Assembly: GCA_964348275.1 (NCBI GenBank)
Contig: CAYGBT010000010.1
Coordinates: forward strand, 21,424 to 85,423
Direction of reading: 5' to 3'
DNA length: 64,000 nt
DNA from: an uncultured bacterium
GTDB taxonomy: Bacteria; Methylomirabilota; Methylomirabilia; Methylomirabilales; CSP1-5
The notes under the pieces are model-generated. The model was not told where the DNA came from and searched no databases. It saw nothing but the letters and a program-made list of their open reading frames with translations. The translations under genes and the position numbers were made by a program. Of this stretch, positions 26,429 to 35,757 are shown piece by piece. The first letter of the stretch is position 1. Every line of letters starts with the position of its first letter.

Positions 26429-27721
26429 CTAGCTGGAGGCCAAGGCCTCCGGGGTCCGTTCGTAGATCAGGATCGCCTTCAGGACCTCCACCGCTCGTCC
26501 AAGTTGAGGGTCCTTCTTGGGGTCAGGGGTGCGCCGGCCCAGGGGCTGGGTCGTATCCCCTTCTTGCTCGCCGATGGTCTGCTGGCGCCGATCGATCGGG
26601 CCCTGAGGCGCGGCCGTCGTCGCCGGCTTGGGAGGCTCGACGACGATATCCGGCGTCACGCCGGCGCCCTCGATGGCGCGCTGGCTCGGAGTGAAGTATC
26701 GGGCGGTCGTCAGCCTGAGGCCAGAGCCGTCGTCGAGCGGAATCACCGTCTGGACCGTCCCCTTGCCAAAGGTCTGGGTGCCCAGGAGGACCGCCCGCTG
26801 GTGGTCCTTCAGTGCTCCAGCCACAATCTCAGAGGCGCTGGCGGAACCCTTATTGACCACCACCACCATAGGGAAGCTCTGGGAATTGTCATGTTCGTCC
26901 ACAAACCGCAGATTCTGATTCTTTGCGCGTCCCTCGGTATATACGATGAGCTTCCCCTTGTCCAGAAAGAGATCAGCCACTTGGACCGCCCGACTCAGGA
27001 GCCCTCCGGGGTTGTTCCGAAGGTCGAGGATGAGGCCGCGCATCCCTTTCTCCACCAGCTCGTCAAGCGCCCCCTCCAGGTCCCGGTGGGTCCGTTCCTG
27101 GAACGAGACCACGCGAATGTAACCGATGCCTTCTCCGAGATCCGAAGCGCGAACGCTATGCACTTCGATGATGTCGCGGACAATGGACACCTCGAAGGGT
27201 TGTTGTCCGTCACGGAGGATGGTCACCGTCACCTGGGTTCCCTTGGGCCCCCGCAGCTTTCGAACCGCCTCGACAAGTGTCATGTCCTTGGTTGGCTCAC
27301 CGTCGATCTGGGCGATACGATCCCCAGCCTGGATCCCGGCCCGATCCGCGGGGGTCCCTTCGATGGGGGCGACCACCGTGAGATACCGGTCCCGCACCGT
27401 GATCTCGATCCCTAACCCCGCGAAGCTACCCTGGGTTTCAATCTGCATTTCCTTGTAGACGTCGGGTGGCATAAAGGAGCTGTGGGGGTCCAAGGTGGTC
27501 AGCATTCCCTGGATTGCCCCGTAGATCAGGTCCTTGGACTCGGTGGATTCGACGTAGTTGTTCCGCACGAGCGTGAGGACCTCGGTGAAGACCTTCAGCG
27601 TGTCGTAGGCTTCGTCCGTGGCCACGACCCGTTGGTGGACACCACTGGTCACGATCAGCACCATTAATAGTGCGATCATCAGTATGACTCGTATCCGGCC
27701 AGTCTGCTTACTGGAGAGCAT
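26429..27721 (-). CDS. Carboxy-terminal processing protease (S41 family)
   Basis: PDZ region ...GLGIEITVRD...GTPADRAGIQAGDRI...; S41 core ...LDLRNNPGGLL...VVVNKGSASASEIV...GTQTFGKGTVQ... Confidence 0.9.
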   Translation of the reverse strand: MLSSKQTGRIRVILMIALLMVLIVTSGVHQRVVATDEAYDTLKVFTEVLTLVRNNYVESTESKDLIYGAIQGMLTTLDPHSSFMPPDVYKEMQIETQGSFAGLGIEITVRDRYLTVVAPIEGTPADRAGIQAGDRIAQIDGEPTKDMTLVEAVRKLRGPKGTQVTVTILRDGQQPFEVSIVRDIIEVHSVRASDLGEGIGYIRVVSFQERTHRDLEGALDELVEKGMRGLILDLRNNPGGLLSRAVQVADLFLDKGKLIVYTEGRAKNQNLRFVDEHDNSQSFPMVVVVNKGSASASEIVAGALKDHQRAVLLGTQTFGKGTVQTVIPLDDGSGLRLTTARYFTPSQRAIEGAGVTPDIVVEPPKPATTAAPQGPIDRRQQTIGEQEGDTTQPLGRRTPDPKKDPQLGRAVEVLKAILIYERTPEALASS

Positions 27722-27820
27722 TGTGGGAACCTCCTCTGTGCCCGCGTCTCGATGTCCTTAGGGTCACCCCTCGGATGTACAAGAAGTATACCATAGTGCG
27801 GGATGTCAGGGCGGAAATTC

Positions 27821-29002
27821 TCAGGGCCGAGCAGCGAGCCAAACCAGGGGGTCCTGTGGTTCACCCTTGAAACGCAATTCAAAATAGAGCTGCGGACCCT
27901 CGAGCGAGCCGGTCTCCCCCACCCGCGCGATGACCTGGCCCGCCCGGACCGCATCGCCCGTCTCGACCAGGAATTCCGACGCATGGGCGTAGAGTGAGTA
28001 GAAACCCTGGCCGTGATCGACGATGATCAGTTTGCCGTAACCCCGGAACCAATCGGCAAAGAGGACCGTGCCGTTATGGATCGCCTTGATCTGCTGGCCC
28101 AGGGGGGCGCGAATGCCGATCCCCTTATTGAAGATCACGGTGTTAAAGTTCGGATTCTTCTGGCGCCCGAAACGGAAGGCGACCTTTCCTTTCGTGGGCC
28201 AAGGGAGCTTGCCCTTGCGGGCCGTAAATGGGCCCCTCGGAAGACGGGGGGAAGGTTTCGCCCGGGCCTTCGCGCGCTTTCTGAGCTCCTTGATGAGACT
28301 CTGCAGGCGGGCGGAGGCCTTCTCAAGCTCCCGAATGGCACTCAGGTAGCCCTCTTTCTCCTCTCGAAGTCGGGCCAGCAGGATCCGCTGTCGCCATTTC
28401 TCATCGGCAATCGTCGCCTGCGTCGCTTCGATACGTTGTCGCCTTTTGGCGAGGGTCGCCCGGTGGGACTTGAGCGCCGCCTGCTTCTTGCTCAGCCCCC
28501 TCACCGTGGTGGCGTACCGTTCGCTCAGGGTCTGATCCTGGGCCGTGATGGTCTTGAGATACTTCACCCGACGCGCCATGTCGGTGAGGTTTTCGGCAGA
28601 GAAGAGGAGGCGGAAGACGCCGAACTGGCCCTGCTTATACAGGGCCCGGAGGCGGGAGGCCCAACGCTCCTGAATGGCTTGCAACTCGCGCTCACTGTGG
28701 CTGGTCTCCCGCTTCAGCTTTCGGAGGGCCCGCTCATCGGCACGCAGTTTCTTCTCCAGCGATTTAAGCTCCCGGGTGTTGTGCTGCAGCTGCTGCTGAA
28801 TCCTTTTGAGGGTGGCTTGGACCGCCGCCTCCTTGGCGGTGGTTTTCTGGACTTTTTTCCGCTCCGTTGCGATCTCCTTTTTCAGTTTTTCGAGCTTGTG
28901 CCTCTTTTCACGCAGAGTTTTCGGCTCGCGGGCCTGAAGGCCCCCGGTCAACAGCAGCGAGGTGGCTATTGCGATCGTTACCGCGGCGCGCACGGGTCTC
29001 AT
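27821..29002 (-). CDS. EnvC-like murein hydrolase activator (coiled coil + M23 domain)
   Basis: Signal peptide; long coiled coil; C-terminal M23 ...GIGIRAPLGQQIKAIHNGTVLFADWFRGYGKLIIVDHGQGFYSLYAH...; adjacent to ftsEX. Confidence 0.85.
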   Translation of the reverse strand: MRPVRAAVTIAIATSLLLTGGLQAREPKTLREKRHKLEKLKKEIATERKKVQKTTAKEAAVQATLKRIQQQLQHNTRELKSLEKKLRADERALRKLKRETSHSERELQAIQERWASRLRALYKQGQFGVFRLLFSAENLTDMARRVKYLKTITAQDQTLSERYATTVRGLSKKQAALKSHRATLAKRRQRIEATQATIADEKWRQRILLARLREEKEGYLSAIRELEKASARLQSLIKELRKRAKARAKPSPRLPRGPFTARKGKLPWPTKGKVAFRFGRQKNPNFNTVIFNKGIGIRAPLGQQIKAIHNGTVLFADWFRGYGKLIIVDHGQGFYSLYAHASEFLVETGDAVRAGQVIARVGETGSLEGPQLYFELRFKGEPQDPLVWLAARP

Positions 29003-29026
29003 TGCTTCCTCTTGTTACACCTTTTA

Positions 29027-29929
29027 TTACACCTTGAGAAATCGGCGAACGGCCACCAGGCTGCCCACGCCCCCCAGAAGGACACCGATGCCGATCATGG
29101 CCACCCCGTACTGGGTTGCGAGGAACTGAGCCAGTTCAGGCCCAGAGAGGATAATGCGGGCGGACGTTCCCAATTGCCACAGGGTTGCTCTGAACAAGGC
29201 GTACAGAAGACCCAGCGCCAAGGCGGCGCCCAGTCCCCCTTGGAGGGTTCCTTCAAGGATGAGGGGAATCTGAATGTAGGTCCGAGTCGCCCCGACCAGG
29301 CGCATGATCTCGATTTCCTGGGCCCGGGCATACACCGCCAATCGGATGGTGTTCGCCACGATAAAAAGCGAGGCAACGCCCAGCACGGCACCGATCACGA
29401 TCGCCAGGATTTTCATCACCTCGACGACACTCGTCAGGCGCTCGACCCATTCCTGGCCGTACAGGACATCCTCGACGCCTTCCATTCGCTTCATCGAGGC
29501 GGCCAGTTGGGCTAAGGCGTCGGCCGTCTGGTATTTCTCACGAATCCGAAGCTGAAAGGAAGCCGGGAGGGGGTTGGCCTTTAACCCCTCCAGCAGGCTT
29601 TCCTGGCCTCGGATCTGTTTCCGGAAGTCGGCCAGAGCTTCCTCCTTGGAGACGTAGGTCACCTCGCGGATCCCCATCTCCGCGTCCAGGCGTTTCCGGA
29701 CGAGCTTCCGCTGCTGAGGAGTAATGTTGTCGTGGAGAAAGACGATGACCTGAAAGTCCTCCGCCCACCGAGCCACCACGGTGCTCAGATTCAGGGTCAG
29801 GAGGAGGAAGATTCCCGAGACGAGGAAGGCGACGGTAATGGCCCCGATGGAGGCCATCACCCCCCACCCCCCTCGTCGAAAATTGAGGAAGGTCTCGTCT
29901 AGGAGGTGCCGGAGGCGCTCCCAGAACAT
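29027..29929 (-). CDS. ftsX: Cell division ABC transporter permease FtsX
   Basis: 300 aa, 4 TM with a large periplasmic loop; immediately downstream of ftsE. Confidence 0.85.
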   Translation of the reverse strand: MFWERLRHLLDETFLNFRRGGWGVMASIGAITVAFLVSGIFLLLTLNLSTVVARWAEDFQVIVFLHDNITPQQRKLVRKRLDAEMGIREVTYVSKEEALADFRKQIRGQESLLEGLKANPLPASFQLRIREKYQTADALAQLAASMKRMEGVEDVLYGQEWVERLTSVVEVMKILAIVIGAVLGVASLFIVANTIRLAVYARAQEIEIMRLVGATRTYIQIPLILEGTLQGGLGAALALGLLYALFRATLWQLGTSARIILSGPELAQFLATQYGVAMIGIGVLLGGVGSLVAVRRFLKV

Positions 29930-29932
29930 GGG

Positions 29933-30595
29933 CTAAGTAATCTCCTCGACCAGGCGTCCGTGCTTCAGGATGAGGGTACGGTGGCCCATCTCGGACACCA
30001 ACTTCGGGTTGTGGGTTGCCACCACCACCGTGGTCCCTCGGATGTTCACCTCGGCCAGGAGGCGCATGACGTCGAGAGCCAGATCGGGGTCGAGGTTGCC
30101 AGTCGGCTCATCCGCCAGCAGAATCGCGGGATCGCTGATAAGGGCTCTCGCGATGGCGATTCGCTGCTGTTCGCCTCCTGAGAGACTGTAGGGAATCTGG
30201 TCGGCTTTCTGTAAGAGGCCGACTTCTTTTAGGAGACGGCCGATCTTACGCCGGCTGATGGCCTCGGGGATCCCCAGGACACGGGTAACCAGGTGGAGAT
30301 TGTCGTACACGGTCCGGTCCATGAGGAGTTTGAAGTCCTGGAAGATCACGCCGATACTGCGACGCAGCGCGGGAAGCTTGTTTTCCCGAAGCCGGACGAC
30401 ATTGCGACCGTTCACGAGGATCTGGCCAGTGCTCGGCAAATCATCTCGGAAGATGAGGCGCAAGAAAGTGGTTTTTCCAGCCCCGCTTGGGCCGGAGAGA
30501 AAGACGAATTCCCCTTTCTGGATGTGGAGGTTGATGTCGGAAAGGGCCACCACATCCTTCGGATAGGTCTTGGAGACATGAAACATCTGAATCAT
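29933..30595 (-). CDS. ftsE: Cell division ATP-binding protein FtsE
   Basis: Walker A GPSGAGKTT, signature LSGGEQQR, Walker B ILLADEPTGNLD; 220 aa. Confidence 0.9.
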   Translation of the reverse strand: MIQMFHVSKTYPKDVVALSDINLHIQKGEFVFLSGPSGAGKTTFLRLIFRDDLPSTGQILVNGRNVVRLRENKLPALRRSIGVIFQDFKLLMDRTVYDNLHLVTRVLGIPEAISRRKIGRLLKEVGLLQKADQIPYSLSGGEQQRIAIARALISDPAILLADEPTGNLDPDLALDVMRLLAEVNIRGTTVVVATHNPKLVSEMGHRTLILKHGRLVEEIT

Positions 30596-30762
30596 GATGT
30601 CTTCCTAATTCCTCGCCGTCCCGCTTCCGCTGCAGGCTAGCGTGTTTAATGCGACTTTGCAACCCCAAACTGGCCCAGAGCATAGCCAGATGGTGGCGTT
30701 GACAAGACTCGTAGGCTTCTTTAGCATGGGGATACCACCCGTTCTCGGGAAGAGTCACAACC

Positions 30763-31197
30763 ATGTCCAAAGACCCACAACCCTCCGTGCCGCGCGGGCG
30801 TCGCATTCCGCTCTCTCGATTCTGGCTCGATTGGCGGATCAGCTTCTTCCTGGTGACGGTCTGCGTTGTGGTCATCGGGATCGCCATCGTGGCGCTGTGG
30901 GGTAGACCTGAAATCGTCCCCTCGGGGGCGGGGTCTTCGCCTGCGAACCATCGCGAGCTGGCGCAATTTTATGAAGGGCTAGGCAAGACTGAGGAAGCGA
31001 TTGGCGAATATCAGACCGCGATTCGTCTGAGCCCCGACGATCCAGTGCTGTATGAGGCCCTTGCCCTCCTTTTTGAAAAGGAGGGCAGGTTCAGTGAGGC
31101 CATCGCACTGTACGAGCGATCGCTCGAACTGGAAGCGGCGTCGGCGAAGGCCTCCGCCATTCAGATGCGAATCGAGCAGCTCCGGCAGCGGTACTGA
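30763..31197 (+). CDS. Membrane-anchored TPR-repeat protein
   Basis: One TM (...FFLVTVCVVVIGIAIVAL...) then TPR-like repeats (...AEFYEGLGKTEEAIGEYQTAIRLSPDD...). Confidence 0.7.
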   Translation: MSKDPQPSVPRGRRIPLSRFWLDWRISFFLVTVCVVVIGIAIVALWGRPEIVPSGAGSSPANHRELAQFYEGLGKTEEAIGEYQTAIRLSPDDPVLYEALALLFEKEGRFSEAIALYERSLELEAASAKASAIQMRIEQLRQRY

Positions 31198-31277
31198 CTC
31201 AACCCCATTCCTGGATTCTGCCTGCTCGACGGCTTCGGAAACCCCCACCGGTGTTCTGCAAAGGAGGAGACTTCCCC

Positions 31278-31943
31278 ATGGAACAGAGCTTAGACCGGAG
31301 GACGTTCCTTTCTGTACTGGGAGTTGGAAGTCTCTCCGTTTTACTGGCTCCCCGCTTGACCGGGGCGGCAGAAAAACCGCCAATGGCAGGAGCGTTGCTC
31401 ATCGCGAAGATCAGGACGCCGCCGTTCCGCGACTCGGTGGTGCTTCTGTTCGAGTACGGGAAGCGGGGTGCCCAGGGTCTGATCATCAACAAGCCGGATC
31501 ACCGGAGCCTGGGTCGTCTCATGGCAAGGTTGAACATCCGCTTCCAGGACCGGGCCACCTTCGAGCGATACACCGAGTTAGAGGTGCTGTACGGGGGGCC
31601 CGTCGGCCGGGGCCGCCTCCTCACTCTCGTCCATATGCCTCCGGGGAAATGGGCTCGGTCGTGGAACTTGGGCATTCTCGCGGTCACGCAGGATCCTAAC
31701 CTGCTGCGCGAAATGGCTGCTGGGACGGCAGAGGTCAAGCAGGTGGTTGCATGTCTGGGGGTCTCGGGCTGGGCGCCCGGCCAGCTCGAGGGCGAGATCG
31801 CCAGGGGGGATTGGCGGGTCGTGTACCCCGACCCCAACGCATTGCCCGGTTTGCTGTTCGACACACCGCCGTGCGGCCGGCTCGATATGGCCCGGAGCAT
31901 GCCCGAGGGGCTACCGGTCAGCTTCCCGTGGCAGACTATTTGA
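31278..31943 (+). CDS. YqgE/AlgH-family (UPF0301) protein with an apparent twin-arginine signal peptide
   Basis: I prefer ATG 31278 (MEQSLDRRTFLSVLGVGSLSVLLAPRLTGAAE). AlgH core: ...GALLIAKIRTPPFRDSVVLLFEYGKRGAQGLIINKP...GGPV... Confidence 0.7.
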   Translation: MEQSLDRRTFLSVLGVGSLSVLLAPRLTGAAEKPPMAGALLIAKIRTPPFRDSVVLLFEYGKRGAQGLIINKPDHRSLGRLMARLNIRFQDRATFERYTELEVLYGGPVGRGRLLTLVHMPPGKWARSWNLGILAVTQDPNLLREMAAGTAEVKQVVACLGVSGWAPGQLEGEIARGDWRVVYPDPNALPGLLFDTPPCGRLDMARSMPEGLPVSFPWQTI

Positions 31944-31960
31944 GCTTGGCGACCGCTGTG

Positions 31961-32704
31961 CTAATCGCCACCGGAGGGGCGGCGCCGATCGTAAGCCCGG
32001 TGGTACCGCTCGATGAGGCCGGCATCCGCAAAGCTAAAATAGCGATTGTCCCCGACAATGAGGTGGTCCAAAACCTCCACCCGCATGATCTTCCCGGCGA
32101 AGACCAGCTCTTCGGTGATCGCCTTGTCAGTGGCGCTTGGCTTTGGATTGCCTGACGGATGGTTGTGGGCAAAGATAAGGGCCGCGGCATGGTGGCGATT
32201 GGCCAGCTGCATAATGTCGCGCGGATAGACCGGACTTTCCGCAAGGGACCCTTCACTCGCAGTAACAATCTCCAGGATCTCGTTCTGGCCATTGAGCAGC
32301 AGCACGTGGAAAGTCTCCCGCTTGAGATCCCGCATCTGCGGCAACAGAAATACATACACGTCCTGTGAGGACTCCACTTTTCCTTTGATTCTTTTCGCCT
32401 CGCCCAGAGTCCGGCGGCCTAATTCCAGGGCGGCCTGCAGTTGCGCGATCTTGGCCTTTCCCAGGCCTTTGATGGCCCGAAGGTCTTCGAGGTCAGCGGC
32501 ACTGAGTCCCCGCAAGCCACCGAAATTTTGCAGCAGCTGTCGTCCCAGATCGACGGCGCTTCGCCCTTTGACACCCGTCCGGCAAACGATGGCGAGGAGC
32601 TCGGCGGTCGTGAGGTTCTGCGGGCCGTATTTGAGAAGGCGTTCTCGTGGTCTCTCGCCTTCCGGCCACTGACTGATTGCCCGCGGATACCGTTTGTGGC
32701 GCAT
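31961..32704 (-). CDS. radC: RadC-family JAB-domain protein
   Basis: HhH region ...ELLAIVCRTGVKG...; JAMM ...FAHNHPSGNPKPSATD... Confidence 0.9.
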   Translation of the reverse strand: MRHKRYPRAISQWPEGERPRERLLKYGPQNLTTAELLAIVCRTGVKGRSAVDLGRQLLQNFGGLRGLSAADLEDLRAIKGLGKAKIAQLQAALELGRRTLGEAKRIKGKVESSQDVYVFLLPQMRDLKRETFHVLLLNGQNEILEIVTASEGSLAESPVYPRDIMQLANRHHAAALIFAHNHPSGNPKPSATDKAITEELVFAGKIMRVEVLDHLIVGDNRYFSFADAGLIERYHRAYDRRRPSGGD

Positions 32705-32800
32705 CGATTATCCCGTTATGGCGTGTTACCGGGGACTGTCCACTTGTTGCCTTGAGGAAATCACTCGTCACACGGGTGTGGTTTTGGTCCCGCCGTCTCC

Positions 32801-34090
32801 TTAGAGAATGAAGGTGATGAAGAGCAGGACGGTGATGCCCGACAAGAGCAATGCGGTGCCCCAGCCAATAAGGTTCATGAACCAGGGATTGACCGCCTCC
32901 CCCATGATCTCGCGGTCGTTAACGAGTTGGAGCACGATCACCAGCGTGAACGGAAGGAGGATGCCGTTTAGGGTCTGCGAAAGAAACATGATGGGAATGA
33001 GAGGGACATTGGGCCAGAGAATGGTGACGGCCCCAATCCCGATCATGACCAGATAGATGGTGAAGAACCCTGGTGCCTCTCTGGGTCGCCGGTCGACACC
33101 GGTCTCCCAGCCGAGGGCCTCGCACGTGGCATAAGCCGTGCTCAAGGGAAGGACGGCGGCCGAGAAGACCGAGGCATTCAGGAGGCCCAAGGCGAAGAAG
33201 ACACTCGCATAACGTCCGGCGAAGGGCTCGAGGGCCCTGGCGGCATCCACGGCGGTCTCGATGCGGACACCGTGTGCAAAAAGGGTCGCCGAACACGCCA
33301 CGATGATAAAGTAAGCCACGCCGGTGGCCACGAAGGCTCCAAGGATTACATCTAGACGCGCATATCTATAGTCGCGCCACCGGATCCCCTTATCCACGGT
33401 CGAGGATTGCAGGTAAAACTGCATCCAAGGCGCGATGGTGGTTCCGACCAACGTGATCAACATGATCAGATAATCCCGGTCCATGTGAAATGAGGGACGG
33501 ATCGTCTGCCGCAGGACCTCGCCCCAGGGAGGGCTTCCGAGGAAGGCAGAAACCACATAGAGCAGGTACAGGGCGCTCGCGATGAGGAAGACGCGCTCGA
33601 CTCTCGCGTAGGTCCCTTGGACGACGAGCCAGGAGACGAAGAGGGCGGTCAGGGGAACGGAGAGGAACCGGGGAATGCCGAAGATTTCAAAAGCAGCCGC
33701 CGCCCCGGCGAACTCCGCGATGGTGTTGGCCAGGTTGGCGAGGACGAGAATCCCAAGAATCAGAACGGCCGGCCGGACTCCATAGCGCTCCCGGATGAGC
33801 TCCCCCAGTCCCTTGCCGGTGACCACGCCCATCCGGCTGCCCATTTCTTGCACGACGGCGAGACTGATGGCGGTGAAAAAGAGGGCCCAGAGCAGGCTGT
33901 ACCCATAGTGCGCGCCCGCCAGGGAATAGGTGGCGATGCCACCGGCATCCTGGTCCACGCTGGCGGTGATGATGCCAGGCCCCATGATCGACAAAAAGAC
34001 GAGGAGCCGGCGCTTGTGCCACCGCGGCATTCGCATAGCGTGCCTCGCTCCACCGGGACCGTGAGCCTCGACAGCGATCGCGAAGGTCAC
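32801..34090 (-). CDS. Nramp/SLC11-family transporter with NRMT-like (Mg2+-type) binding-site substitutions
   Basis: Nramp fold motifs are present, but TM1 reads ...VDQDAGGIATY... (canonical DPGN) and TM6 reads ...LVGTTIAPWMQFYLQS... (canonical GAxxMPHNLYLHS). The start may be the internal MRMPRW. Confidence 0.8.
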   Translation of the reverse strand: MTFAIAVEAHGPGGARHAMRMPRWHKRRLLVFLSIMGPGIITASVDQDAGGIATYSLAGAHYGYSLLWALFFTAISLAVVQEMGSRMGVVTGKGLGELIRERYGVRPAVLILGILVLANLANTIAEFAGAAAAFEIFGIPRFLSVPLTALFVSWLVVQGTYARVERVFLIASALYLLYVVSAFLGSPPWGEVLRQTIRPSFHMDRDYLIMLITLVGTTIAPWMQFYLQSSTVDKGIRWRDYRYARLDVILGAFVATGVAYFIIVACSATLFAHGVRIETAVDAARALEPFAGRYASVFFALGLLNASVFSAAVLPLSTAYATCEALGWETGVDRRPREAPGFFTIYLVMIGIGAVTILWPNVPLIPIMFLSQTLNGILLPFTLVIVLQLVNDREIMGEAVNPWFMNLIGWGTALLLSGITVLLFITFIL

Positions 34091-34129
34091 CTTCCGGGCG
34101 GTCCGGAGGGTCCTCCAGCCTGGAGCTTC

Positions 34130-35476
34130 CTAAATGTACTTTTTTGCCGCTCGTCGCTTCCATATCATCGGGATCAGATCGTCGAGGACGTCGTCGACGG
34201 TCACGATCCCCTCAAGCCTCGTTTCCGCATCCACCACCGGCAAGGCCGTGAGATTGTACTTCGACAACGTCTCGGCCACCTCTCTCAGGGAGGCCTCGGG
34301 CTTGACGGTGATGAGCTGCGTGGTCATGATGTCGTCCAGCCGCTCCTCAGCTCGGGCCATTATGAGCTCCCGGAGGCTGGCAACCCCCAGCAGCCGCTCC
34401 GAGGGATCGACCACGTAAATATAGTAGATAGTCTCCACCTCATCCGCCATGGCCCGGAGCTTTTCCAGCGTCTGGACTACTGTCGCCTCCGGAGGAAACG
34501 TCACGTACTCGGTCGTCATCAGTCCACCGGCCGTGTCTTCCTCATGTTCCAGCAGTTCCGCCACGTCCTCCGCCTCGGCCGGCTCCATCTCTCCCAAAAG
34601 CTCCTGGGCTTTGGCCTGTGGGAGGTCTCCCAAGATATCCGCGGCTTCATCCGGCTCCATCATCTCCAGCATATCCGAGGCTTTCTCCGGTTCGAGCATC
34701 TGAATGACCCCGGCCTGGACGTCGGGCTCGGTCTCGGTCAGGGCCTCGGCCGCCGTCTCGGGTTCCAAGGCCTCGAGGATGGCCGCTCGCTCGCTGGGGT
34801 TCAGTTCCTCCATGATGTCGGCGATGTCAGCGGGGTGCAGTTTAGCCAGCTTCGTGTAGACGGCCCGCTTTCGCGCCCTGGTCAGTTCAGTCTCAATGGG
34901 TTCCAAATGCTCCCAGGGGACCACCTCGCGGGGCAGCTCGATCCCAAAGCTCGAGACACACCACTGGAGCAGTACTTCGGGAAAAAGTCGGCGCAGCAAG
35001 CTGTGCATCCCGGCGAGCACAGCTACGACCTCGTAGCCATCGTCCCGCCACTCTAACTGCACATCGTTAACGCGGATGACGCGTCGCCGATGCGTATCCA
35101 TTACCTTTTTATCCAGGATGTTGCGCCCCAACGACATCTCGTTTCCCCTGAGATCGGTCGAGGTGAACTCCTCCCGGGGTAGCCCGAGGATGACGCCCGG
35201 CCCTGTCGGCGTCTCGGATATCTCCGCCACCACCTCCCATGGGAGAAGCAGGTCCTGCTCCCCGACGCGCGCGATACTCAACTTGCTCACCCGAGGGTAT
35301 ATCCCCCAGAGGAGCACCACCAAGTCCTTGAGCGTCCCGACCTCCCTGCCGCGACTATCCAGAACCGGCCACGATTGCAGGCGCGTCAGAAATATGGTCC
35401 GTTGTGGAGGTTCGTTCATCATACAAATCGCTCCCAGCAGGGCCTTCATAGTACGAAAGGGACGATGGGGTGTCAA
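34130..35476 (-). CDS. Soluble MgtE-like cytosolic module (PRC-barrel-like + MgtE_N + CBS pair) lacking the MgtE transmembrane pore domain
   Basis: ...LHPADIADIMEELNP...PDEAADILGDLP...EDTAGGLMTTEYVTF...LPVVDAETRLEGIVTVDDVLD... The protein then terminates at ...IPMIWKRRAAKKYI with no hydrophobic segment. It lies 39 nt upstream of the Nramp gene on the same strand. Confidence 0.8.
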   Translation of the reverse strand: MTPHRPFRTMKALLGAICMMNEPPQRTIFLTRLQSWPVLDSRGREVGTLKDLVVLLWGIYPRVSKLSIARVGEQDLLLPWEVVAEISETPTGPGVILGLPREEFTSTDLRGNEMSLGRNILDKKVMDTHRRRVIRVNDVQLEWRDDGYEVVAVLAGMHSLLRRLFPEVLLQWCVSSFGIELPREVVPWEHLEPIETELTRARKRAVYTKLAKLHPADIADIMEELNPSERAAILEALEPETAAEALTETEPDVQAGVIQMLEPEKASDMLEMMEPDEAADILGDLPQAKAQELLGEMEPAEAEDVAELLEHEEDTAGGLMTTEYVTFPPEATVVQTLEKLRAMADEVETIYYIYVVDPSERLLGVASLRELIMARAEERLDDIMTTQLITVKPEASLREVAETLSKYNLTALPVVDAETRLEGIVTVDDVLDDLIPMIWKRRAAKKYI

Positions 35477-35663
35477 TGCGAATCAGCCTCGCGATGGGCG
35501 TCCCGCTCGTCAGCGGACCTCGCCCTCTTGCTTCCTGTCTGCAAGCAGCACCAGCAGGTCCCTCGCGCCGGGCCTCTCCATCGTAGGTCGAGTGCGGAAG
35601 GGGTCGGGGAGTGGGTCTTCCCCGGCGGAAAATTCCATGGGTGGGTTTGGCGTTAGCCCTGCA

Positions 35664-35757
35664 TTCCGAGCCGAATGACGCCTGATGCATCACGACGGCC
35701 ACCCCCACCTACGCTTCGCTGTCCGAACGCTTTCGGACAGGCAAACCAGGTTCCGCC
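35664..35757. repeat. Dispersed repeat R1, copy A (conserved core GACGGCCACCCCCACCT plus hairpin 35719-35740)
   Basis: About 85% identical over about 52 nt to 39669-39720. The hairpin is CTGTCCGAA-CGCT-TTCGGACAG. A related inverted hairpin, CCGAAGGCCTTCGG, lies at 35890-35903. Confidence 0.75.

Noticed and set aside
28013-29515. 500-aa ORF antisense to the envC-like and ftsX genes. Similar long antisense or overlapping ORFs occur at 33617-35056, 21530-22477, 22505-23422, 48113-49153, 49048-49917, 4541-5308 and 26504-27415.
   Set aside because: These are typical high-GC shadow ORFs. They have low-complexity Arg/Gly/Pro-rich translations with no motifs, and each lies fully opposite a gene with strong family signatures.
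35477-35660. Looked for an M-box (ykoK) Mg2+ riboswitch in the leader of the MgtE-like/Nramp operon (minus strand)
   Set aside because: I could not find the conserved M-box segments in the reverse complement. Only small generic hairpins are present. Absence by eye is not proof; cmsearch with RF00380 would be decisive.
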